From Pseudomonadota bacterium (GTDB lineage Bacteria; Pseudomonadota; Alphaproteobacteria; Caulobacterales; Caulobacteraceae), in the NCBI GenBank assembly GCA_041182245.1, contig JBEGNZ010000010.1:3252-67251 (forward strand): 64,000 nt of DNA. Reading direction: 5' to 3'. The translations under genes and the position numbers were made by a program. Below are positions 1 to 8,704 of this stretch, in pieces (position 1 is the first letter of the stretch; every line of letters begins with the position of its first letter). Under the pieces are notes generated by a model, which worked only from the letters and a program-made list of their open reading frames with translations, had not been told where the DNA came from and ran no database searches.

Positions 1-1772
1 GGTCAACCCGTGAAGCGACCAACCAAAACTCCTTGCAGGCTGACCTTTCCGCGCTGAACTCTGATTTTACGCGCGTGACCTCTGACAACCGAATCGTCCT
101 CAATGGCCTCGTCGGCCTGGGTCTAGAGTTCGGTGACAATAAGCTGCGTTGGACCAATCTTTATATTCGCGACACTCTGAAACATACACGCCTTGGGCTT
201 GGAAACCGGAACCAAACCACTGTCGATTTTATGCAGCAGGACACGTCCTGGTATGAGCGTGAATTGATCGATAGCCAAATCGTGGGCGAGTTCAATCTCA
301 ATGACAATCTGAGCGTTGATGTTCGTGTTGCCTACGCCAACTCAAAACGTAACTCTCCGTACGAACTGACCTTCGAATATGTCCGCACCAATGTGAAGGC
401 GGATCCTTACGGGGCCTATTTCGTCAACCGTTTGAACAATGGTAACGGCGGTGATGCTGTGATCAGCTTCTCCGAGCTGGATGAGAAGCTTTGGTCCGGC
501 GGGGCCGATGCCACCTACAGGCTGAGGGATGGGCTGAGCGGTACAGTCGGTTACGCCTTTGCTGACACTGAGCGCACAAGTTCACGCCGGGACTTCCAGT
601 TCCAAGCCCCCAGCAACTTCCCGCGCGGTGTCGATATGTTCCGCCCTGACCTGCTTCTGGCCCCCGCAGTGATTGAAGCTTTCGGCATAGCGTTGGTTGA
701 AACCAACGAAGGTAACCCAGCCTTCCTTGCGACCCTTCGGAATCAGGCGGGCTACGTCAAGTTTGACTATCAGATGACTGACTCGTTGCAGCTCAATGCC
801 GGCATTCGTTATGAAACCGCCGAGCTAGAAGTTTCACCGATCAAGATCTTCAACACCGCAGGCGCCTCTCTGGCGGGTACAGCGCTCGAAGAAAGCTATT
901 GGCTGCCAGCAGCCACATTGACCTGGCAATTGGCCTCGGACATGCAGCTTCGCGGCAACCTGTCTAAAACCATTGCCCGTCCGCAGTTTCGTGAATTGGT
1001 TTACCAGTTCTACTTCGACCCCGACAGCAACCGCATGTATCGCGGTAACCCGTACTTGGTCGATAGTGAGCTGACCAACGCCGAAGCCCGTTTTGAATGG
1101 TACTTTGACACCGATCAGCGTGTCACGGTCGCCGCTTTCTATAAGCAGATCACCAATCCGATTGAATCCTTCGTCGCCGGCGATGACTTCACGACCAGCT
1201 ACGCCAATGCGCCGCAGGCCAACCTCATTGGTGCCGAGTTTGACGCTCAGAAATATTTCGACCTCTCCGCCCTTGACGGTGATTTCTGGGCCTCACGCCG
1301 GATCGTAGTGAACGGTAACTACACCTACACAATGTCGGAATTGAAGGTCGATAAGAACGACTCCATTTCAGTCTTTGCCTCCTCATCGAAGAACGCCACT
1401 GACTTCTTTAAGGATGGTGCTCAGATGGCCGGCCAGTCGGATCACATTTTCAACGTCCAACTTGGACTTGAAGATCGTGATGCCCTTTCACAACAGACCT
1501 TGATGTTCAACTATGCCAGCAAGCGCGTTTCGAGCCGTGGTCTGGTCAATTCAGGGCAGCCTGACATCTACGCCTATCCCGGCTTCTCGCTGGACTTTGT
1601 CGCACGTCAAGGCGTGGCTGTTGCAGGCCGCGATGTTGAGCTAAAGTTCGAGGCGCGCAATCTGACAGGCCGTAATAACGAAGAATATCAGATTGTTGGT
1701 AGTAACCGCGTTGACATCAATACCTACAAGATGGGTAGCCTGATCTCAGTGTCGGCCCAGATGAAGTTCTAA
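1..1772 (+). CDS. TonB-dependent outer-membrane receptor, C-terminal ~580 aa (5' end lies upstream of the window)
   Basis: The frame is open from the window edge; the track ORF 33..1772 starts at an internal TTG. Long barrel-type sequence ending ...LISVSAQMKF, with the terminal aromatic residue typical of TonB-dependent receptors. Confidence 0.8.
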   Translation, partial: STREATNQNSLQADLSALNSDFTRVTSDNRIVLNGLVGLGLEFGDNKLRWTNLYIRDTLKHTRLGLGNRNQTTVDFMQQDTSWYERELIDSQIVGEFNLNDNLSVDVRVAYANSKRNSPYELTFEYVRTNVKADPYGAYFVNRLNNGNGGDAVISFSELDEKLWSGGADATYRLRDGLSGTVGYAFADTERTSSRRDFQFQAPSNFPRGVDMFRPDLLLAPAVIEAFGIALVETNEGNPAFLATLRNQAGYVKFDYQMTDSLQLNAGIRYETAELEVSPIKIFNTAGASLAGTALEESYWLPAATLTWQLASDMQLRGNLSKTIARPQFRELVYQFYFDPDSNRMYRGNPYLVDSELTNAEARFEWYFDTDQRVTVAAFYKQITNPIESFVAGDDFTTSYANAPQANLIGAEFDAQKYFDLSALDGDFWASRRIVVNGNYTYTMSELKVDKNDSISVFASSSKNATDFFKDGAQMAGQSDHIFNVQLGLEDRDALSQQTLMFNYASKRVSSRGLVNSGQPDIYAYPGFSLDFVARQGVAVAGRDVELKFEARNLTGRNNEEYQIVGSNRVDINTYKMGSLISVSAQMKF

Positions 1773-1859
1773 GCCCTAAAGGGTCACAGACCCTCGTTCG
1801 GCATCGACCGAGCGGGGGTGTTTGACCGGGGTGAAGGGCGGTATAGCGCCCGTTAAGGA

Positions 1860-1900
1860 CTATGACAGCGGCTTGGAATTTAATCCGCACACTGTCATAG
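1860..1900. promoter_or_regulatory. 9-bp perfect inverted repeat CTATGACAG-N23-CTGTCATAG upstream of virB1
   Basis: Read directly: 1860..1868 is the reverse complement of 1892..1900. Confidence 0.6.
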
Positions 1901-1925
1901 AACTGACGTGAAGCTGAGCTAATAG
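1892..1925 (+). promoter_or_regulatory. Candidate PhoB-dependent promoter (Pho-box-like direct repeat plus -10 hexamer)
   Basis: CTGTCATAGAACTGACGT (1892..1909) matches 15/18 positions of the consensus CTGTCATAWAWCTGTCAY. TAATAG at 1920..1925 follows after a 10-nt gap. The virB1 ATG is at 1968. Confidence 0.4.
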
Positions 1926-1967
1926 CGCCATGTCGGTGCTGCCAGCACCCCACCGAAAGCTGCAGTT

Positions 1968-2597
1968 ATGCGCAATCTTGAACCCAATTCTAAGAGCTGC
2001 GTGACAGTTTGCATACAGGGCGCTCTGGTTGGTGCCTTGGCGGGTCTTGCTCTGCTATCCTCTGCGGTCAGTGCTCAAGCGGATGTGATGGAACTGGTCA
2101 CCAATGGCTTTGTCTGGGTGGCGGGAGCCCCCAAGTCCGTCGCGCCAGACCTGGTAGAGGTCGGCCCGCGCGCCGAGCGCAGTTTCACCCATGTCTCAGA
2201 TACGGCGGGTCCCGCAGCCTGGCGCGCTCACATCGCGATGCTCGCGAGAAAATACGATATTAGCCCGGCGCTTTTAGAGGCGGTCGTTTGGCAAGAAAGC
2301 CGTTGGCAAACCAACGCTAGGTCCAGCGCGGGAGCCCATGGGCTGGCGCAGCTGATGCCTGGAACGGCGCGCGAGATGGGCGTAGATATTACCAACCCGC
2401 TGTCGAACCTCGAAGGGGGCGCGCGCTATTTAAAGATCCAGTTGGACCGGTTCGATGGCGACATCGAAAAGGCCTTGGCCGCCTATAATTCGGGGCCGAG
2501 CCGTGTGCTCAGCGCGGGGGGCATTCCTCAAATCCCAGAGACGAAAGCTTATGTTTCTGCGATAATGTCTAGGCTTGCTGAATCTGTGCGGAGGTAG
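1968..2597 (+). CDS. virB1: VirB1-like lytic transglycosylase (SLT domain) with signal peptide
   Basis: N-terminal hydrophobic signal ending SAQA. SLT motifs LLEAVVWQESRW and AHGLAQLMPGTAREMG...AYNSG. First gene of the virB-ordered operon. Confidence 0.85.
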   Translation: MRNLEPNSKSCVTVCIQGALVGALAGLALLSSAVSAQADVMELVTNGFVWVAGAPKSVAPDLVEVGPRAERSFTHVSDTAGPAAWRAHIAMLARKYDISPALLEAVVWQESRWQTNARSSAGAHGLAQLMPGTAREMGVDITNPLSNLEGGARYLKIQLDRFDGDIEKALAAYNSGPSRVLSAGGIPQIPETKAYVSAIMSRLAESVRR

Positions 2598-2602
2598 TCA
2601 AA

Positions 2603-2911
2603 ATGAAAAAATCTCAGCTTTTAGGGCTTGTTGCGTCCATCGCTTCCTTTCCCCTTTCGGCCTATGCACAGGTCACCACCAACCCTCAGGGGTCTGGTCC
2701 GATCGTTGCCGCCCTCAATTGGATTCAAGGCACCCTGTTGGGCAGTGTCGCTACCGCAATCGCCGTCATGGCTGTGGCGACGGTCGGCTTGATGATGCTG
2801 ACGGGTCGGATGAACTGGCGATTTGGCGCGACCGTCATATTGGGCTGCTTCATCCTGTTCGGCGCGGGGGCCATCGTGTCCGGGATCAGATCCGCCGCGG
2901 CCCTCGGTTAA
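2603..2911 (+). CDS. virB2: VirB2/TrbC-type T4SS pilin
   Basis: 102 aa with a signal peptide ending AYAQ, followed by two hydrophobic helices. Position between virB1 and virB3. Confidence 0.8.
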   Translation: MKKSQLLGLVASIASFPLSAYAQVTTNPQGSGPIVAALNWIQGTLLGSVATAIAVMAVATVGLMMLTGRMNWRFGATVILGCFILFGAGAIVSGIRSAAALG

Positions 2912-2917
2912 GCGACG

Positions 2918-3199
2918 ATGGACCTCATCCGTTTTCCAGTACACCGCGCCCTTGCCCGTCCGCAGATGTTTGCGGGCGTGACCTATAGCTATTTCATTAT
3001 CAATGCGGCGGTGACGACCGAGGTCTTTCTCATCACAAAAAGCTTCCTAGCCCTCCCGGTCGCGGTGTTGCTGCATGTTATTGGTTATCTTGCCTGCCTG
3101 CGGGAACCTCGAATTTTCGACCTTTGGTTGACCAAGGTGAGCCGTTGCCCACGGATTTCAAACTGGCGGCGCTGGCGCTGCAACAGCTACGGAACTTGA
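2918..3199 (+). CDS. virB3: VirB3-like T4SS inner-membrane protein
   Basis: 93 aa with the motif ...RPQMFAGV... and one hydrophobic hairpin. Sits immediately before virB4. Confidence 0.75.
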   Translation: MDLIRFPVHRALARPQMFAGVTYSYFIINAAVTTEVFLITKSFLALPVAVLLHVIGYLACLREPRIFDLWLTKVSRCPRISNWRRWRCNSYGT

Positions 3200-3208
3200 G
3201 GAGCGACC

Positions 3209-5626
3209 TTGGTGGGCATGTTTGGCACTATGGGGCGTAGGAGCCGTGAGGCTCTAGCCGGGGACCGCTTGCCCTATGCGAAGCTGCTCGATGACCATGT
3301 CGTCCTGTTGCGCGATGGCTCGGTCATGATGAGCCTCTTGGTGCCCGGCATCAGCTTTGAGACGGCCGATAGTGCCGAGTTAAACGCCTTGGCCGCAACG
3401 CGTGAGCTCATGCTCCGCAGCACTCTGGACGCCCGCTTCGTTCTATATCACCACGTCATCCGCCGCCGCGTTCAGACCGACTTGCGGGGGACATTTGCTG
3501 ATCCCCTGACAGCCCATATTGATCAGTGCTGGGATAACAAACTTTCCAGCGGTGCCCTGTTTGTCAATGATCAGTTCGTAACCCTGCTGCGGCGCCCGGC
3601 TCGCGGGAAGACCGGTTGGGTGGAACGTGTTGCCCGTCAATTGACGCGGTCTCAAGATCGCTCTGAAGGCATCCAAGCCAAACCGCAAGATGTTCGTGAC
3701 CTGCGGGCCGCGGCCAATGCCATGGTGACAACCCTGGGGACCTATGGGGCGCGGCCCTTAAGCAACTATCAGGGCAAGTCCGGGGCCTGTTCGGAAATAT
3801 TGGAGTTTCTCTCCGCCCTCTATAATGGGGAAATGAAACCGGTTCGGCGGCCGTTCGAAGGCACCATGATTGCCAATATGCTGCCCTATAAACGCATCAG
3901 TTTTGGCGCGGACGCCCTTGAACTGAAGGGCGCGGGCAGCAGCAGTTTTGCGGCCTTGGTGTCTCTAAAGGACTATCCCGACACGACCTCGCCGGGCCTG
4001 ACCGACTCCTTGCTCCGAATTCCCTGTGAGATGGTGCTCACAGAAAGCTACGCGCCATCAGATCGCCAAGTGTCTCGTGAACGGATTGACTTGGCCGTGC
4101 GCCGTCTAAGGTCAGCCGATGAAGAGGCCATGGCTGAGCGGGCAGAGCTTCATGCGGCCCGTGATGCCCTGGGATTGGGCGCGGTTGGATTTGGCGACCA
4201 CCATCTGTCCGTCCTCGTGCGCTCTGACTCCCTTGAGACCTTAGATGCGCTGACGGCAGCCTGCGCGGCGGCGCTCGGTGATGCCGGCGCTGTTGCGGTC
4301 CGCGAAGATATGAACCTCGAGCCCGGCTTTTGGGGGCAGATGCCGGGCAATGAATCGCTGATCGTGCGGCGATCCTTGATCTCATCGGGCAATATGGCCT
4401 GCTTTGGCTCGCTTCACGGCTTTGCCTTGGGCCAGGCCGAGGGGAACCATTGGGGTGATCCTGTGGCAGTCCTTGAGACCACCAGCGCAACGCCCTTTTT
4501 CTTCAATTTCCACAATGGCGATCTGGGTAACTTCACGGTCATTGGCCCGTCGGGTTCCGGCAAGACCGTCGTCATGAATTTTCTAGCAGCTCAGGCCCAG
4601 CGGTTTGAGCCACGCACCGTCCTGTTCGACAAGGACCGGGGCGCAGAAGTCTTTATTCGTGGCATTGGCGGTCGCTATAGCCGGATCTCTGCGGGCGAGC
4701 CGACGGGGTTTAATCCACTGGCCCTTCCAGACAGCCCGACCAATCGCGCCTTTCAACGCGACTGGCTCGCTGTTCTGCTCGATGCCAAGGGGTCAGAAGA
4801 GTTGGCCACCATCGCGGCGGCGGTTGATGCGGCCTATGCCAATGATCCCAAACTGCGCCGCCTGTCCCATTTTCAAGAATTGCTGGCCGGTTCGCGCAGG
4901 CCGCAACCGGGCGATCTCGCCTCTCGACTCGCCGCTTGGGTCGGCGAGGGAGAGTTTGGCTGGCTATTTGATCATGCCGAAGACCTTCTAGACCTGTCTG
5001 CCAAGACCCTTGGCTTTGATATGACGAGCCTTCTGGAGACGCCGCGTCTGCGCACGCCGGTGATGATGTACCTGTTCCATCGGATCGAGGAGCGGTTGGA
5101 TGGTCACCCGACCCTGATCCTGATTGATGAGGGCTGGAAGGCCTTGGACGATGAGGTCTTTGCCGCCCGCATTCGCGATTGGCTCAAGACCCTTCGTAAG
5201 CGCAATGGCCTTGTGGGTTTCGCGACCCAATCGGCCCGTGACGCGCTCGATAGCCGCATATCCACGGCGTTGGTTGAGCAGACGGCGACCATGATCTTCA
5301 TGCCCAATGCCAGAGCGCGTGAAGAGGACTATTGTGAGGGATTTGGTCTCACGCTGCATGAACTCGACATCATCCGCAATCTGCCCGCCCACAGCCGCTG
5401 CTTCTTGGTGCGCCAGCCCGATGCCTCGGTTGTGGTTCGGCTGGATCTGTCCTCAATGCCCGAACTGCTCACGGTCCTTTCCGGTCGGGAAACAACCGTC
5501 AGGCAATTGGATCAGCTTCGAAAGCAGGTCGGCGACGCGCCAGAGGCTTGGTATGAGGCCCTCACCGGACATCCGTGGCCCGGCGACGCTTCCCATTGCG
5601 CCGTCCGACCGGAGGCGCGTCAATGA
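3209..5626 (+). CDS. virB4: VirB4 T4SS ATPase
   Basis: 805 aa. Walker A GPSGSGKT and Walker B-like TLILIDEGW. GAGGAG Shine-Dalgarno 6 nt before the TTG at 3209 (GTG 3212 and ATG 3218 are alternatives). Confidence 0.9.
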   Translation: MVGMFGTMGRRSREALAGDRLPYAKLLDDHVVLLRDGSVMMSLLVPGISFETADSAELNALAATRELMLRSTLDARFVLYHHVIRRRVQTDLRGTFADPLTAHIDQCWDNKLSSGALFVNDQFVTLLRRPARGKTGWVERVARQLTRSQDRSEGIQAKPQDVRDLRAAANAMVTTLGTYGARPLSNYQGKSGACSEILEFLSALYNGEMKPVRRPFEGTMIANMLPYKRISFGADALELKGAGSSSFAALVSLKDYPDTTSPGLTDSLLRIPCEMVLTESYAPSDRQVSRERIDLAVRRLRSADEEAMAERAELHAARDALGLGAVGFGDHHLSVLVRSDSLETLDALTAACAAALGDAGAVAVREDMNLEPGFWGQMPGNESLIVRRSLISSGNMACFGSLHGFALGQAEGNHWGDPVAVLETTSATPFFFNFHNGDLGNFTVIGPSGSGKTVVMNFLAAQAQRFEPRTVLFDKDRGAEVFIRGIGGRYSRISAGEPTGFNPLALPDSPTNRAFQRDWLAVLLDAKGSEELATIAAAVDAAYANDPKLRRLSHFQELLAGSRRPQPGDLASRLAAWVGEGEFGWLFDHAEDLLDLSAKTLGFDMTSLLETPRLRTPVMMYLFHRIEERLDGHPTLILIDEGWKALDDEVFAARIRDWLKTLRKRNGLVGFATQSARDALDSRISTALVEQTATMIFMPNARAREEDYCEGFGLTLHELDIIRNLPAHSRCFLVRQPDASVVVRLDLSSMPELLTVLSGRETTVRQLDQLRKQVGDAPEAWYEALTGHPWPGDASHCAVRPEARQ

Positions 5627-6795
5627 GCCAGTGTACCGCCGTTCTGGACGCTGCATCGACGGGGGTCGCACCGGCTCTACGGGCTGTAGACTGTATGAGC
5701 GCGGAGGTGACTTCGGCGGCCTTCACCAATCTATTCGGCTCTAATGGTGCTCTGGTTCCCGCGCTGACCCTAGTCCTCACCCTCTATATCGCGCTCTTTG
5801 CTATTGCCCTGCTCACCGGTCGTTCGAAGATCGGGATCAGCACCCTTACCCCTCGCATGATCACCTTGGGCGTCGTCTTGACCTTTGCGACCAGTTGGGC
5901 GGCCTATCAAAGCGTGGTCTGGAATCTCGCTGTTGGCGCGCCGGACCAGATTGCCAGTGCTCTATTGGGGGTTCGCGGATCGGCGACTCAGCTCTTTGCT
6001 GACAAGATTGATATACTTTTCAACGTCATTACCGAGACGGCCCAAACGGTTGGTGGTCCTGGCGCGCGGCCCACGCTGCAGGGGGCCTTCACGCCGGTCA
6101 ATCTGATGTGGCTGGCGGGCATGTTCTTGATGCTGGGCACGGTCGGTATATTGGTGACAGCGCGGATTGCCTTGGCGGTGTTGTTGGCCGTGGGGCCTGT
6201 CTTTGTGACCTTCATTCTGTTTAACGGAACACGGGGCCTATTTGCCGGATGGCTGAGGGGCGTGATCCTGACCGCCATCACCCCGCTGTTTGCGGTGCTC
6301 GGTGGCGGATTGATGATCGAGTTGGCGACCCCGATCGTGGTTGCCCTTCGCGCAAGTGAGGTTCTTGATCCGAGGGCGGCCATGGCCCTGTTTATTTTCT
6401 CCATCGTCCATTGTGCGCTCATGGCCCTCGGCATCAGCGTAGCGTCAGCGATGGTTTCCGGATGGCAGGTCTTTGGAACGGCCAACGCGTCCAACGGCGA
6501 ACAGGCGAGCGGTCTAAGGACCGACCAATCTGTCGGTGGCGCCAATAACGCCTATGGGGCTTCGACGGCGGCGGCACTGTCTCGCAGTCAGAGTTTGACG
6601 GCCAGTGTGATTGCCGCCAATGCCGTTGGCGGATCGAGTGCGGCGGCGAGTGCAACCACAGCAACGAACCGAACTATCGTCAATACGATCACAGGGACAG
6701 GTTCCGCGATCGGCTCGGGAGCACCAGCCAGATCGCGTGGAATCGGTAGCCGGTTTGCCAGCCGCCCCCCTGTCTCTCGGGAGTTCATAAGATGA
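5623..6795 (+). CDS. virB6: VirB6/TrbL-family polytopic T4SS membrane protein with an Ala/Ser/Gly-rich C-terminal tail
   Basis: Multiple hydrophobic segments. The ATG at 5623 overlaps the virB4 stop (ATGA), so I prefer it to the track start at 5575. The tail from about 6480 is low complexity. Confidence 0.8.
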   Translation: MSQCTAVLDAASTGVAPALRAVDCMSAEVTSAAFTNLFGSNGALVPALTLVLTLYIALFAIALLTGRSKIGISTLTPRMITLGVVLTFATSWAAYQSVVWNLAVGAPDQIASALLGVRGSATQLFADKIDILFNVITETAQTVGGPGARPTLQGAFTPVNLMWLAGMFLMLGTVGILVTARIALAVLLAVGPVFVTFILFNGTRGLFAGWLRGVILTAITPLFAVLGGGLMIELATPIVVALRASEVLDPRAAMALFIFSIVHCALMALGISVASAMVSGWQVFGTANASNGEQASGLRTDQSVGGANNAYGASTAAALSRSQSLTASVIAANAVGGSSAAASATTATNRTIVNTITGTGSAIGSGAPARSRGIGSRFASRPPVSREFIR

Positions 6796-7610
6796 AAATC
6801 TATCTCGCGCTGCTGGCCGCAACCCTGTCCCTGACCCTTGGCACCCCAGCCATGGCGAAGGATGCTCGGCTGGCAACCCGCCCCTATAATGCCGATGAGA
6901 TTGTGGTCTTGCCGGGACGTGTCGGTGTGCAAGCGACCATTATATTTGGCGATGACGAGCATATTGAAAATGTGGCCATCGGCGACTCAAACAGCTGGCA
7001 GGTGACGCCGAACAAGCGCGCGAATCTGCTGTTCGTAAAACCCTTGGCCGCCCAAGCCCAGACCAACCTAACGGTTGTGACCGATCGCCATACCTATCTC
7101 TTTGACCTGGTTGCCGGTTCAGGTGTGCCCCATTACGTCTTGCGCTTCACCTACCCAGATGCCGTCAAGGCCAAGGCTCTCGCCGTCGGGGCCATGAGCG
7201 CAGAAGAGGCCGAGGCCGCGAAAAATCCGAACGCCGTCAAGGGCGGACAGCCGCCCTCTGCCCTAAACTTTGCCTGGACCAGTAAGGGGAGCGCAAGAAT
7301 CTTGCCGACCCGTATCTATGACGACGGGGTCTCAACCTATCTCAGCTGGGCTAAGGGTCGTCCTGTTCCGGCCATCTTGCTTCGGGATGACAAGGGCGCA
7401 GAGGGCGCAACCAACTATGCGGTGCGTGGGGACCTGATCGTACTGGATAATGTACCCAAGGTGATTGTCTTGCGGGCGGGCATTGATGTGGCAACCTTGA
7501 AAAATCAAGGCCCCGTCCCGTCTGAAACGGCGTCGGCTGATCCAAATCCGCAATCGGCGACCGCGTCGGACGTCAAGCCGCCGCTACCGGCGGCTGATCG
7601 GGGGCAATGA
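6792..7610 (+). CDS. virB9: VirB9/TrbG-family T4SS outer-membrane core protein
   Basis: Signal peptide ending PAMA. Characteristic VirB9 N-domain pattern ...EIVVLPGRVGVQATIIFGDDEHIENVAIGDSNSWQVTP...LLFVKP...TNLTVVTDRHTYLFDL. ATGA overlap with virB6. Confidence 0.85.
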   Translation: MKIYLALLAATLSLTLGTPAMAKDARLATRPYNADEIVVLPGRVGVQATIIFGDDEHIENVAIGDSNSWQVTPNKRANLLFVKPLAAQAQTNLTVVTDRHTYLFDLVAGSGVPHYVLRFTYPDAVKAKALAVGAMSAEEAEAAKNPNAVKGGQPPSALNFAWTSKGSARILPTRIYDDGVSTYLSWAKGRPVPAILLRDDKGAEGATNYAVRGDLIVLDNVPKVIVLRAGIDVATLKNQGPVPSETASADPNPQSATASDVKPPLPAADRGQ

Positions 7611-8704
7611 CCATGTCTGGACCCTCTTCCCCGAACCCTCGCTTGACCTCTTCAGAGGATACAGATCCGCGCTCGGCCATGGGATCGAATGCGGCCGATC
7701 TGGCCACCCGATCTGTCCTGCCCCTTGTTGCCCATAAGGCGTCGGCTTCAGACGGACTTGGGTTGATATTGGGTATAGCCGTGATTGGGATCCTCGGGGT
7801 TGTGACCTTCTTGGGGGTCAATGGTGGCCGTCAAAAGCCAGCGCCCGAGCAGCCCGCGCCCGCGCAAGCCGTTGTTCCGGCACCCGTCGTGCAACCGGTA
7901 GAGCAGGCCCCGCCGGTCCCGGTTGAGGCCATCACCCCGCCGCCCGCGCCATTGCCGGTTCCTGCGCCAGCGCCGATTGGTATTGCCGGGCCTGCGGCAA
8001 ACCCCTTTTCGACGCCAACGGTTCTGTTCGATGCCAGCGCCCTGCCGCCGTCTATTGTACCGGGCGCTGGTCCAGCCGCAGCCTCCCCTGGCGGGCCAAA
8101 TGATGAGTTCGCCGCGCGGGTTGGCGGTGTTGGCGGCGGCAGCGCCATTGCTGCTGCAGGTATAAATCCCAAGGCCACCGTGACCCAGGGCACCTTGATC
8201 CCCGCGGTTCTCGAGACGGCGATCGATACGGATGTGCCCGGCTATCTTCGCGCCATCGTCTCCAGCGATGTGCGTAGTTTCGATGGAACAGTCGTCCTCA
8301 TTCCCCATTCTTCGCGCCTGATCGGCCAGTATAAGAGTGGCATGCAGGCGGGCCAAAAGCGCGCCTATGTCATTTGGACTCGGCTGATCCGCCCCGATGG
8401 CGTCTCGGTCAATATTGCTTCGCCTGCCGTTGGATTTGGCGGGGAGACCGGGCTTCCGGGTAAGGTCAATAACCATTTCTTCGAACGGTTCGGCTCGGCG
8501 ATGCTCCTATCGGTCATCGGCGGCATCTCCAGTTCGGGCAGCAACAATGCCACCGTGCTCATCGGCAGCCAGGCCCAATCGGCCGCCGCCGCCGCCGTTG
8601 GTCAGTCCGGTCAGATTGGTCCGACCATTCGCGTGCGCCAAGGCGAGCCCATTCGCGTCTTTACCGCCCGCGACCTCGATTTTTCGAAGGTCACAACCGA
8701 ATGA
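7607..8704 (+). CDS. virB10: VirB10/TrbI-family T4SS protein
   Basis: Cytoplasmic N-terminus, one TM segment (LGLILGIAVIGILGVVTFLGV), a Pro-rich linker, and a C-terminal TrbI-type domain (GTLIPAVLETAIDTDVPG...). ATGA overlap with virB9. Confidence 0.85.
   Translation: MTMSGPSSPNPRLTSSEDTDPRSAMGSNAADLATRSVLPLVAHKASASDGLGLILGIAVIGILGVVTFLGVNGGRQKPAPEQPAPAQAVVPAPVVQPVEQAPPVPVEAITPPPAPLPVPAPAPIGIAGPAANPFSTPTVLFDASALPPSIVPGAGPAAASPGGPNDEFAARVGGVGGGSAIAAAGINPKATVTQGTLIPAVLETAIDTDVPGYLRAIVSSDVRSFDGTVVLIPHSSRLIGQYKSGMQAGQKRAYVIWTRLIRPDGVSVNIASPAVGFGGETGLPGKVNNHFFERFGSAMLLSVIGGISSSGSNNATVLIGSQAQSAAAAAVGQSGQIGPTIRVRQGEPIRVFTARDLDFSKVTTE

Noticed and set aside
5575-5622. Upstream extension of the VirB6 ORF (MARRRFPLRRPTGGAS…) overlapping the end of virB4
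   Set aside because: The ATG at 5623 forms an ATGA overlap with the virB4 stop. This is the same coupling used at the next three junctions of the operon, so the 48-nt extension is probably not translated.
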